Source: Hormiphora californensis
Taxonomy: Eukaryota; Animalia; Ctenophora
DNA: 64,000 nucleotides
Reading direction: 5' to 3'
Assembly: GCA_020137815.1 (NCBI GenBank)
Contig: CM035358.1
Coordinates: 3,286,001-3,350,000 of the forward strand
Shown here: piece after piece, positions 22,628 through 33,862 of the stretch
Layout of the letters: the number at the start of each line of letters is the position of its first letter
How positions within the stretch are numbered: the first letter of the stretch is position 1
Notes under the pieces: model-generated
The model's input: only the letters and a program-made list of their open reading frames with translations
Told to the model about the DNA's origin: nothing
Database searches by the model: none
Translations under genes and position numbers: made by a program

Positions 22628-24487
22628 CCACTACACGCACCACTCCCGCATGGGGCCGTAAGGTCCCATGCGTGAGCAGGGTTAAATCCCCCGAGCCCGG
22701 ATCCTGTTGGATCTGAGGGCCCGGAGGGCCTGCGGAGTAAAGGTAGGTAGAACAATGTACATAGGGGTAAGTTGAACAATGTACATATGGGTTAAAGTAA
22801 GGGAAAAACATTTAAAGGGGAGTTAAAGCTCATGGTGGCGGAGCATAAGACCTCCTAAGCTATCTGGAAAGAAGCCCAACCTTCTGGAACGGAGCCTAAG
22901 AAGAGACAACTTATCAGGAACTGAAGAAGCAAACCGTCTGAATCTAGGGAAATCTAGGGGCAAGCAGGAACGGGTATAAAGGGTAAAAAGAAGAAATGAC
23001 AATAATAGGGGGGACAGCTCGGGAGGTATATTACATGTCGAGAACTTTCCGGAGCGTGTTCATCGAGTTAAAGAGGACTGACTTTTGAAGCTGTGAAGGG
23101 TAAATTTGGCGGGTTATAGCAGTCAGGTACTTCTCCAGTCGGGGGCTGACTCCGCCAAGAGCTCCAATCACGATAGGGATGACCGTGGCCTTTTTAAGAT
23201 CCCAAATTCGTGTGAGCTCCCTCCGTAGTTCTTGGTACTTCTCGATCTTCTCCATCTCCCTGTCCGAGACTGACCTGTCCTTTGGTACAGCGACATCGAT
23301 CAGAAGCGCTTCCTTCTTTAGTTTGTCTAGAAGGACCAAGTCAGGTTTACATGCCTCGATGGGGTTATCCGTCTGAATGTGGAAATCCCAGAGGATCTTG
23401 CAGTTCTCATTCTCGAGCACTTTCTCTGCATAGTGGCTCCACCACTTTGATTCAGTAGGAAATCCGTGGTCCTTGCATATTCCCCAGTGCAGGGCAGCAG
23501 CTACTCGATCGTGTCGGAGTTTATAGTCTCCGTTGGCAAGTTTCGTGCATCCGTTTAGGATGTGTTCCACCGACTCGTTGTATTGGTTACAGATCCGGCA
23601 CTTCTCAGTCACTTCATTCTCTTTCTGTATGGCAGCTCTCAACCAGTTCGTGCGAATGGCTTGATCCTGGGCAGCAAAGACATCGGCTTCGGTGTATCTG
23701 CTGAGGCTCTCTTTGTTGAGCCAGGCCCAGGTCGCGTCAGGGTCGCATCCCCCTTCTTCAAGTTGCTTCAGGAATCTTCCATGTAAGACTTTGTTTTTCC
23801 ATTTCTCTATAAGTTCCGTCTGTAGTCTTTCCTTCAGGGCTTCTGCGTCTTCTGGAGGTCCAGTTAGCATATCTTCAGACTGCATCGCCGTGTGGAGGGC
23901 ACGGATCTTGGGGTCCGTGGAATTGGTGAAGAATGTCACGAGTCCTGTCTCTTCCTTCACAATGACATCTTCAATCCGTTGGAGACCCCTTCCTCCCAGT
24001 TTCCTGCTAACATACAGCCGGTCAATGTCACTGTTGCTCTTGATGACTCCTCTTCTCAGGATCTTCCTAGTCATCATGTCTAGTCCACTGGCTTCGGAAG
24101 TGGACCAGTCCAGTATTCCGGCACCGTAACGGATCACAGGTATTGCCCATGTGTTGATTGCTGTGATGAGGTTCTTGCCTTGCAGGCTCGAGGAGAGTAG
24201 TTTCTTGACTCTTCGGGTGTATTCGGCTTTGACCTTAGCTTTCATTTCTTGATGAAGAATACGGTCAACCTCCAGGATGCCGAGGTACTTATAGCCTCCA
24301 TCTTCCACCTCGGGTATTCTGTCTCCACTTGGTAGGCTTATTCCCTGCATCCGACTTCTGACTCCGTCCACAATGTCTAGAGCTCCGCACTTGGATAGAC
24401 CAAAGGACATGTTGATGTCAGTGCTAAACTTCTCAGTGACTGCTAAGAGCTGCTGAAGGTCCTCTTTTGAGCTGGCGTACAGCTTAA

Positions 24488-25790
24488 GGGTACACCTGGC
24501 GTTTTTCATCATCGAGTGCCCAACCAAATGACTTCACCAGGGCTTAGTTCATACAAAATGGACCTCAAATATGCAATTTTAGCCCTAAAGTCGAATTCAT
24601 ATTTTTGCTACAGCCTATTTTCAAAGTGGCGTTTTTTCAATTTTTGTCGGAATTTTTAACCTCAGGACCACTTTTTTTGAGATAGAAACATTAAATTCTT
24701 GGAATTTGAAGAGAATATAAAGGTGAATAAGCCCAAAGAAGGATTTTTGAAATGGAGCTTATTTCTGGCCATGAGAACGGTTTACTTTTTTGCTTCTTTG
24801 ACACGCTGGCTGAGAATGTTCCCATGCTTCATTAGAGATGAAAATCTGGAAATAGTTGCTCAAAACGATTATCTATGTGGCCCAAAAATTTTGGAACTTT
24901 CCCGCCAAAGATGTGGTGTACAGAGCTTGTTTTGTGAAACCCGTCTTTTTTAAAAAGAGGGATATTCCCTGTATCTCAAAAACGGATGATCGTAGAGACC
25001 TGCGACCAAGCTTAATCGATTCAGAAGGTCCGATTTTGGGGGGGTCTTCTGAGATACATTTTGCTCCTACTCCAACCGTTTTTGCTAAAATTGCAAAAAA
25101 CCAATTCTATGAAAAGGGGGAACAACTCTAATCCAGTAGCCTGCTTCGGGCTGATTTCCCCCTTACTTGCTGATACCTTTTTCGCAATTACAGCAAAAAC
25201 GGTTGGAGTAGGAGCAAAATGTCTCTCAGAAGACCCCCCCAAAATCGGACCTTCTGAATCGATTAAGCTTGGTCGCAGGTCTCTACGATCATCCGTTTTT
25301 GAGATACAGGGAATTTCCCTCTTTTTCAAAAAGACGGGTTTCACAAAACAAGCTCTGTAAACCACATCTTTGGCGGGAAAGTTCCAAAATTTTTGGGCCA
25401 CATAGATAATCGTTTTGAGCAACTATTTCCAGATTTTCATCTCTAATGAAGCATGGGAACATTCTCAGCCAGCGTGTCAAAGAAGCAAAAAAGTAAACCG
25501 TTCTCATGGCCAGAAATAAGCTCCATTTCAAAAATCCTTCTTTGGGCTTATTCACCTTTATATTCCCTTCAAATTCCAAGAATTTAATGTTTCTATCTCA
25601 AAAAAAGTGGTCCTGAGGTTAAAAATTCCGACAAAAATTGAAAAAACGCCACTTTGAAAATAGGCTGTAGCAAAAATATGAATTCGACTTCAAGGCTAAA
25701 ATTGCATATTTGAGGTCCATTTTGTATGAACTAAACCCTGGTGAAGTCATTTGGTTGGGCACTCGATGATGAAAAACGCCAGGTGTACCC
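24488..25790. mobile_element. Palindromic non-autonomous DNA transposon with TTAA TSD and GG..CC ends (Kolobok-like)
   Basis: Near-perfect inverted arms of ~600 bp (GGGTACACCTGGCG...CGCCAGGTGTACCC) around an ~80-bp spacer. TTAA at 24484-24487 and 25791-25794. RR..YY termini with TTAA fit Kolobok better than piggyBac (CC..GG). Confidence 0.88.
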
Positions 25791-25873
25791 TTAAGATCGT
25801 CCATGTATAGGCGGTGGTTAATACTAATATCTGGATCTGGAGCTACTGGGTTAGATATGGTGTAGCCTCTTCC

Positions 25874-26416
25874 TTGGCCACATTGATGCCTGAGTGAGAT
25901 CGAGGTCGCGCAGCGACCGAGATCGATCTCACATCTAGGCCTCCGGCGCGTTATTGATTTTAGAGCAAACTTTTTCAAAGACCTGGCTGCAAGGAACTAC
26001 TGAACCGATTTGCATCTCGTTTGTTGCTCCTGGCAGATAATTGTCTCTATTTTTACGGAAAATACCCGCGAATTTCAGCATTTGAGGAATAGTGGGTCAA
26101 AATTGACACGAAACATGAGCAATTCTTTAAAGACCTGGCTGCAAGCTCCTACTCGGTCCTGGGACAATCTGCGGGTACTGGGGGAATCGTCATGGCCTTG
26201 TGAGTATGGGAAAATACCCGCCGATTCATCACGATGCGAAATGAGACCACAATTTACCTTTGAGTAGTGCTAGGTCAGCTAAAAAGGTCTCCAAAAACGG
26301 TCTATCACGCGCGATTTGTTGAAAACGTGCTTTATTTCGCGCGCACGTGAGTTCTTGCTCTCAACGGACCGGGATCCTATTATTCGCGGAGCGAGAATAG
26401 GATGCGATGGATCCAA
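25874..26416 (+). mobile_element. Composite non-autonomous element: a 101-bp TTGG..CCAA element carrying a 440-bp TA-duplicating element (25938-26377)
   Basis: TSD GCCTCTTCC at 25865-25873 and 26417-26425. Comparison with the empty 101-bp copy at 62072-62172 shows the inner piece sits at a duplicated TA (25936-37 / 26378-79). Its imperfect TIRs are GGCCTCCGGCGCGTT / AACGGACCGGGATCC. Confidence 0.88.
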
Positions 26417-29149
26417 GCCTCTTCCTTGGGCAGCTAGGAGCATGGACAGGGGGATCAGGCCTATAATAAAGTGAATAGGGGAGACGGAGTCTCCTTGGAA
26501 GAGGCCTCTCTTGATGTGTATTTTACCTAAGTCTGACCCAGATTGGACGATGTTGACAATACACTGCTGGAATGATGACTCGAATAGTCGGATTATCTGA
26601 GGGTTTATCCCGCACATCTCCATTGACTTAAGGATCCAGGAGTGGGGGATCGAGTCGTATGCCTTCTGGTAGTCTATGAAAGCCATATACAAGGAAGACT
26701 TTGAGCGTTTGCAATGACGTAGGATAAGTTTGTCAATTGCTAGTTGTTCTTTACATCCTCGACTCTTTTTGCGGCACCCCTTCTGCTCTTCCGGAAAGAG
26801 CCCGTTTACATCGAGGTGCTGGTAGATGTCTTCTGATAATATTCCTGTATACAGCTTCCAGAGGTTCGGAAGGCAGGTTATGGTCTAAAGTTCCCCGGGT
26901 TTGACATACCCTTCTTGGGGTCTTTAATCAGGAGGAAGGTCCTGCCTTCAGTCATCCATGCCGGGACTTGACTCGTAAGTGAGACTTTCATTGAGTAGCT
27001 CAGCTATCCGACCATGGAGGCAAGTCGTGTGTTTAATCCTAGAAGGCGTGGAGACCATCTATACACTGGGGTTGACCAGTTGGTCATTCCTTTCACCCGA
27101 GCTGCAACTCTTTCCGTGGTGATCTGAAACTCTTTCCTGTTGGCTGACTGTTCAAAGTTCTCCTGGGCTCCGTCTAAACCATTCTGCTTCAGTGTTTATG
27201 ACCAGCCTCGTTTTCCCAGATATTTTTCCAGAAGTTAAGCGTCCTGGTCTCGGTCTTCTGGAGTACAATCGAGTGGCGTGGGTCCGATCCACGTTTCTCA
27301 CAGTTTCCGGTAAAAGTTTCTTGGTTGTTCCTGGAACCGTTGTTGTCAACGAATGTCTGCCTGCTTCTTCTTGTATCTCTTAATCTTTCCGGCCTTCGCT
27401 AGCAGTCTCTGCTTCACTTCTCTATACTTGTTTATAGCCCTTCTTGGGCAGCACGGGGTTATCTTCTATAGATAAATCTATAGTTTGGAAACTTGTGGGT
27501 GGCTCCTCTGCTCATTTCGGTCAGCCTGGAGAGGTCTAGGAGCGAAGCTTGGCGACACTCTCTTCGAGTCGTCGCAGCCACATAGGTTGTTTATTCCTTC
27601 TGGGGGTGTGGTTGGTGGGTTCGCTTGGTGCCTTAACGCCCATCTGTTCTCGACTCGACCACAATGGGCTACGGCCATCAGCTAGCGTGTTCAGTTGCGG
27701 TAAGGTTCTGGAGTTTCAAGGACTTATTACCGGGCGAGTCGGGTCAATTGCCACTCGTAGTTTCCCCCAGGGGACCTGTCTCAGGTCGGTGACTTTGATA
27801 GAGCTTGGTTCCTCAGTAGTTTCTTGAACTGCTCCCTGATTTCCGGGTTCGGTGATGGCCCTTCCTCTTCCACTGGGGTTGTGGGGGGTTCATGGTTTCT
27901 GGGGGTGGGTTTGTCCTCTACCAAGCCTGTCGTGCCGATTCAACTGCTTCACGGTCGGCTACGGCCGCTGTTCTGATTTCCATCAGCTTCTGTGGTGAAG
28001 GAGTCCCGACTGGTTATATACTCCGGTTGGGATCTAAGCTGGTCATCAGTCTTGGAAGGGTAGGTTGTCTTTGACCACCTTTCCTCCACTCGGTTCCATA
28101 CTCCTCTTTTGTCAGGTTGTGAGTACGAGTGGATGAACACGAGCGTAATGTTCATTTCTGTGGTCCATTTCGTTCGTGGCGCTCTAGTTGGGGGTGGTGG
28201 TGGGGGATCGGCGGTGTCCCCATTTGCCGAGGTACTCGGACCCGCAGTGTTATCATTCACCGTGAGATCCACTTCCGGGAGTATATTTAGGCCAGATGCT
28301 GCTAGCCCTGCTAGCATTCGCTGATCAGCCATCTCCTGCGGTGTTACCATGTGTCCAGATTTCTCTATTGATCTGAACTGGCTTGAGAGTTTGGCCTTTT
28401 ATGTGGTGTCGTGTCCTTGTCGATTCCCATAGCCGTGTCGAGCCTCTTCCAGGATCCGGATGATCCTGGGTTGCCTGCTGTGTAGCAGTAACCCCAAGTC
28501 TATGTTCTCTTGCTTGAACCAGGAACCTTCCTTGGTTTACGGTGTTTAGTACTCATGTCCGAATAAGATGAGTAGTTTTTTGGGGTGAGTTTCAAACCAA
28601 TCACTGTGTATACATAAGTCCCAATCGGTTTGGTTAGAAGAAGAGCCGGTTTGGGGGGTCTTAACACTGCCACCCGTTTTGGGCACAGCGGTAACGGCAT
28701 CCCACCGCCACATTTGAGATCCGTTCGTGGATGTTTTACTTATACCCGGCCATCCGTGCAGCTTTTCAGCACGAACCGACACTTTTCGCGTACGGTGTGT
28801 ACTTATGTCTATAATGGTGGATCTGGAACGGGGACATATATATGTGAAGCATGATCTTAACTGGATGGGGTAAAAACAGGGAGGGAAAGACCAAAAAAGA
28901 GGAAAAATAAATGATCGGCAAGGGGAGAAAAAAGAAGAAAGGTAGGCGAACGAATGGGTGGAGGAGAGAAAGAGATAGAAATCGAGAAACAAGAGAAGAA
29001 AAATAAGAGGGAATTCGGCAGTAGTCTCTAGACAACAAAAGAAAAACGCAAAGAGAAGATGGACAGCGAAAAAGGCCAAAAAAAGATAGTAGTATGACAC
29101 TAGGGGATGGGTTGAGGGACCAGGCAAACTAAATCCTCCCAGGAACAGT

Positions 29150-30230
29150 GTAACTATCCTCTCATAACGGTGCAACTATCCTCTGTGAGCGGGGTTACAC
29201 TATCCTCTCCGGCGCGGGGTACGGTGTAACTATCTCTCAGGACCGGGGCAACTATCCTTGTGGATCGGGGTAAACTATCCTCTCAGGCGCGGGGTATACT
29301 ATTCTCGTCTGATGCGGGGCAACTAATCCTCTCCTGGAACGGGGCACGATCCTCCTTGGAGGCGGGTAACCTATCTTCTCAGGCCGGGGTAAGGGTTAAT
29401 ACTATCCTCTCCGGAACGGGGCAACTATCTCTGTGGAGCGGGGTAAACTATCCTCTCAGTGGTGGGGTAATGGCTATACTATCCTCTCCGGAACGGGCAC
29501 TATCCTCTGTGGAGCGGGTAATATCTCTCAGGTGTGGGGTAAGGGCTAATTCCTCTATCTCCGGAACGGGGCACTATCCTCTGTGGACGGGTAAACTTTC
29601 CTCTCAGGTGTTGGGTAAAGGGTATACTAGCTCTCCGAACGGGGCAACTATCCCTGTGGAGGCGGGGTAAACTATCCTTTCTCAGGCGCGGGGTAAGGGT
29701 CTTCATACTATCCTCTCCGGAATCGGGGCACTATCTCTGTGAAGCGGGTACACTATCCGCTCAGTGTGGTGTAAGGGCTATACTATCCTCTCCGGAACGG
29801 GGCAACTTAATCCTGTGAGCGGGGTAAACTATCCTCTCAGGTGTTGGGTAAAGAGTGCTATACTATCCTCTCCGGACGGGGCAACTATCCCTGTGGAGCG
29901 GGTAAAACTATCCTCTCAGTGTGGGGTAAAGGGTAACTATCCTCTCCGGAAAGGGGCAACTATCCTCTGTGGAGCGGGGTAAACATCACATCTCAGGCGC
30001 GGGTAAGGGGTATACTATCCTCTCCGTAACGGGGCACTATCCTCTGTGGAGCGGGGGAAAACTATCCTCTTCAGCGCGGTAGGGGTATACTATTCCTCCC
30101 CGGAACGGGGCACTATCTCTGTGGTCGGGGTAAACTATCTCCTCAGGCGCGGGTAAGGGTTATACTATTCTCCCTCTCCGGAACGGGGCAACTATCCGCT
30201 GTGGGGCGGGCAAACTATCCTCTCCGGACG
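29150..30230. repeat. Minisatellite in the retrotransposon 5' UTR (~75-78-bp unit of three ACTATCCTCT-initiated sub-repeats, ~13-14 copies)
   Basis: Recurrent actatcctctccggaacggggca-actatcctctgtggagcggggtaa-actatcctctcaggcgcggggtaagggt, with many indels. Confidence 0.9.
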
Positions 30231-30517
30231 GGGAAAATGATCCGCTCCGAAGTAGAAACCCTATCTGGAGCGGTACCCTATTAATGGGAGTTTAGGGGGT
30301 TAGTAGATTAGTATCAGGATTGGTTAGTGGTTAGTAGATAAAGGGGCATTGGAGGTCCACAGGTGGCTGGAAGGTGCCTATTCCACGGGTAAACCCTAAG
30401 CCGGGGAAGGCGGGTAGGAACGTAATAGTTGGCGATGATACACTGTGGGCCGCCTAGCCAAGAAGATCTTTTTGTGTTTTGTATTTTATGATTTTTTTCC
30501 GTATTTTTTGATACACA

Positions 30518-30648
30518 GCCCACGCTTAGCCACGGCCACACGGACCTGAAAAATCGATCAAGGGGAAAAGGGGAATGGGGAAAAGGTACTCCGTGTGACC
30601 CTGTTGCCCGGGGGAAACCGATAGGAGGTGGTGGCAGGTGGACCAACT

Positions 30649-30654
<6 letters not shown>
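30518..30654 (-). ncRNA. HDV-like self-cleaving ribozyme at the retrotransposon 5' end
   Basis: Minus strand: P1 GGGGGGA/UUCCCCC; P2 GCCACC / G(C)GUGG(G)C (imperfect); P3 ACC/GGU; L3 UCCUAUC; P1.1 CC/GG; G-CAA-C junction as in genomic HDV; P4 GGUCACACGGA/UCCGUGUGGCC; J4/2 GG-C-UAA with the catalytic C at 30529. Confidence 0.82.
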
Positions 30655-30689
<35 letters not shown>

Positions 30690-31444
30690 CTCGGTTGTAA
30701 TTAATTTATAAAATCTTTCAGATTTTTTCGAAAAATTGATAATCAAATTCAAGCAACAGATGAAAAATTGGGAAGATTTCTTTCTTTTTACATCACCAAG
30801 CTAACTCAAGAACTAACAGTAAAACCTGGAGTGTGTAAAGGTCACTAATATAACACACTGGGTGTGTGTTTATAGTGATCTCGAAAGCATTGAGTGTTGA
30901 GAGATGAGAAGTGAGGGAACAAGCAGTCTGGAATTTGATGTTGATCAATGCAATGTGATGATGAAAAAGTAAGGATTTAATATATGGGCAGTTAGAAAGT
31001 AAATCGAGACTTTGGTATCAACTAAAGCATAAAACGTTGACAGAAAGAAAAGATATTAAATTTCATTACGAGGAATTTTAGTGTGTGCATGTGATGACGT
31101 CTGACGATAGAGAAGAAGGATGAGGGGTAAAGAAAGAAGGATGAGGGGGAAGGAGCAGCCCAAAGGCGACCACTACTATACTGTTAATGAGGTGTCAAGA
31201 GTCTTCTAGCATCTAGCATCCTAGCTGTACCTATATGTGGAACTGTGGGATATATTGAATCATGGTGTCGCTGTGACGTACTACCACATAGTGACAATAG
31301 AATAGCCGAATTATTTTATATTAGAGAGGGAAAGACAAAGATAAAGAGAGTGAGAGAGAGAGAGAGAGATATTTAGCATCTATCGAGAGAGCGAGACAGA
31401 TACGCGAGAGACAGAGATATATATAGTCGCGATCGAGCGCCTTC

Positions 31445-31490
<46 letters not shown>

Positions 31491-31742
31491 CGCTCGCGCT
31501 CTCGCTCGCATCGCGTCCTCGCGCTCGCCCTACTGCCTGCCCTTTCCTCTTTTTCCCCCTTCAACATCACTCATATATTGAACCGTCCTACAAAACACAG
31601 ACCCACACTACTTTTAATGTGTGGATGGTGACTCAGAATTATGAACAACGAAACCTAAAGAGGACTTTCCTTTCTCAGCTAATGCACTGTTAAATGGGGA
31701 CAAAGGATATTTTATTTACTCTAAATCATCTATAGAGGCCAG

Positions 31743-31836
31743 TCCAATCTATAAACTCTCGTTTAGATTTGGTTTAGATTTTGTTCTACATTTAGTAAAT
31801 GCAATGTAGAGCCAAAACTAGAGTTTATAGATTGGA
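31743..31836. mobile_element. Short MITE-like inverted repeat
   Basis: 17-bp perfect arms TCCAATCTATAAACTCT / AGAGTTTATAGATTGGA. No clear TSD. Confidence 0.5.
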
Positions 31837-33828
31837 ACCGTCCATACTCGTATCGAGGCAGTATCAACTATCATATGGGGAGTTAGTGTAAAGCATATTG
31901 GGCTATAAATCAACAAGGCCCTCGATTAATCAGTCTCAATCAACAGTAATAAGGAGGCCCTCGAATTCTTGGAATAAGATGTTGTTTTTCGTTTCATTTA
32001 AGAAAACAAGTCATCATGGGAAGAGGAGAGATCTAACATGCAACTATTCTACTACTACTACATCTGCATCCCCCCCCTCTTTACCTCCAATATTTTCTAT
32101 CCCTCTCTGATCTATCCCTCTCTCTCTCTCTTAACTCTTTGACTTTAGCCGTGCGGCTTAGCTATTGGGAAATGGACCCAAACCTAACCCTGAGTCGCCC
32201 CCTTCATTATAACATTGTTACTTCCTTCCTTCCCTTTCTACACTTACAGAAAAGAAGGATCAGTTTACTAAAACTGTAAAAAGGGGTGGATAGTTTACCA
32301 CTGAACCAGCATATTTTGTCGCAAAAAGCAACATCCGGTCGCCAGATAGAAAGACATACTCTGAGGGCACTCTAAGGCTTTTAGAGCGCAGAAACTATCC
32401 CAACAAATGCAATATATTCAAGGTTCACGCGTTAGACACGAAACATATACCTATGTATAATTATGTAGCCAGGTCAATATATGGATAAAAACTTGCCGGT
32501 ACTACACTGAACTCAGAACTGGGTCCCCCTCTCTCTATCTCTCTCACACACACTCTCTATCCCTCTTACTCTATATATCTTTCCCGCAAAGGAATAAACG
32601 TGATCGGATAACCATATGATACAAGGTTATAATTTCCAACATCTATTATATACGGCAGCTGAAGGGTATACAGGGTGATTCTAAATCACGTGCATATTAC
32701 CTCCATCAGGCCTGTAAATAATATGTTCAGAGCTGATAACTACAGCTGTATACAAGCCACAATAAGGGGGCACAGTGCGAGGTATACAGTCTATCAAACC
32801 TAACAAGGAGTTTGGTTGCCTTGTGCTCGACCCTGTCTCACCGGAGGAGGGTTAGAACATAAGAAGGCTAATAGGACACAGAAACGTTCACTATAACAAA
32901 CTAAACCAATTGTAGTTAGAGTGTGGGGCCAAGAATAGCCCCCACACAATGTAACTGCGAACAAAGATTAACTCAAAGAGTTCTATTGCTAACAAGTGGG
33001 GGGGGGAGAAAAAGAAAAAGAAGAGATAGAGAGAGAGAAGAGAGAGGAGAGGAAGGGGGAAGGGGGAAGGGGAGAGAGAGGGGAGAGAAAAGAGAGAGAG
33101 GGGGTGGGTCACTCTATTGTCTTCTAAAGCAAAAAGGCCCGCATGAAGTACTGCTACGGTGCCGCTACGTCTCTAAACTACTACAGTCACAACGGGTGCT
33201 TTTCCCCTCTCTCAGTCTCCCCTCTCCGTCAAACTTTTTGTCTCCACAGTCTATAATTAAAATTGGGAGAGGTTTAAGGGCAATAGTAAAGTAGTAGGGG
33301 GTTAAAAAGGGGGGTTTTTGGGAAGGGAGGGGTGAATGCCCCCCTTCCCCCCGGGAGCTTTACAACAATAGTTCCCGTGGAGGTATAATTTAAAAGAAAG
33401 AGAAAAGAAGACAAAGAAATTTCAAATGCAATTGGTGTATTATATTTTGCATTTATGCAATTGGTGTATTATATTTTGTGAAAATATATAAATCATAAAA
33501 ATAGATCTTTTAAAAGCATTTTAAGATAGAGCAGCATAAGTAGGTATGTATGGTCACCCATATATCTTTAGCATGTACTACTTAATATTATTCTGGGCCA
33601 TATTTCGTCACCATAATGTAGTACTCTTGCTGCATACACATATAAAAATTACTGAGGGCCCGGGATGGGACCCGGTTTAAAGGGGGAGAATGATTTGGGG
33701 GAAACGAGGGGAGGGAAAAGAAAGATAGAGAGAAAAGAGAGGAGAGAGAGAGAGGAAGAGGAAGAGAGAGAGAGAGAGAGAGAGGGGATAGGAGGGGAAA
33801 AGAGAGAGAGAAAAGGGAAGAGGGAAGA

Positions 33829-33862
<34 letters not shown>

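Larger units (their letters stand above)
23031..28556 (-). pseudogene. Retrotransposon RT-RLE ORF disrupted by two DNA-transposon insertions and several frameshifts
   Basis: Removing the inserts and one TSD each joins LLAAQGRG-YTISNPVAPDPDISINHRLYMDDLK-LYASSKEDL. Frameshifts in 26700-28500 may partly be consensus errors. Confidence 0.85.
22625..30654 (-). mobile_element. Full-length R4/Dong-clade non-LTR retrotransposon (RT + CCHC + restriction-like endonuclease) inserted in a (GA)n/(CT)n tract
   Basis: One ORF from ~28556 (MSTKHRK..., Myb-like RTKWTTEMN) to the stop at 23031. It contains RT motifs (FIDYQKAYDS, RGLFQGDSVSP, YMDDLKLYA), CRIC..ESVEHILNGC, RHD, KPDL..IDV and KIEKY. It is flanked by (CT)n on both sides. 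The 5' UTR has tandem repeats and a ribozyme, and the 3' UTR is structured. Confidence 0.92.

Noticed and set aside
22625-22740. Second ribozyme (hammerhead or HDV-like) at the element's 3' end
   Set aside because: There is no CUGANGA/GAAA core and no consistent P1/P3/P1.1 pairing on either strand; only simple hairpins are supported.
24699-25579. Mirror-image ORF pairs (MEFE.NIKV.., MLKTIIYV..) on both strands
   Set aside because: They are a by-product of the palindromic MITE arms and have no transposase motifs.
29150-30230. Regularly spaced repeats resembling a CRISPR array (also 45791-46262)
   Set aside because: There are no unique spacers and no cas genes, and the context is eukaryotic; these are minisatellites.
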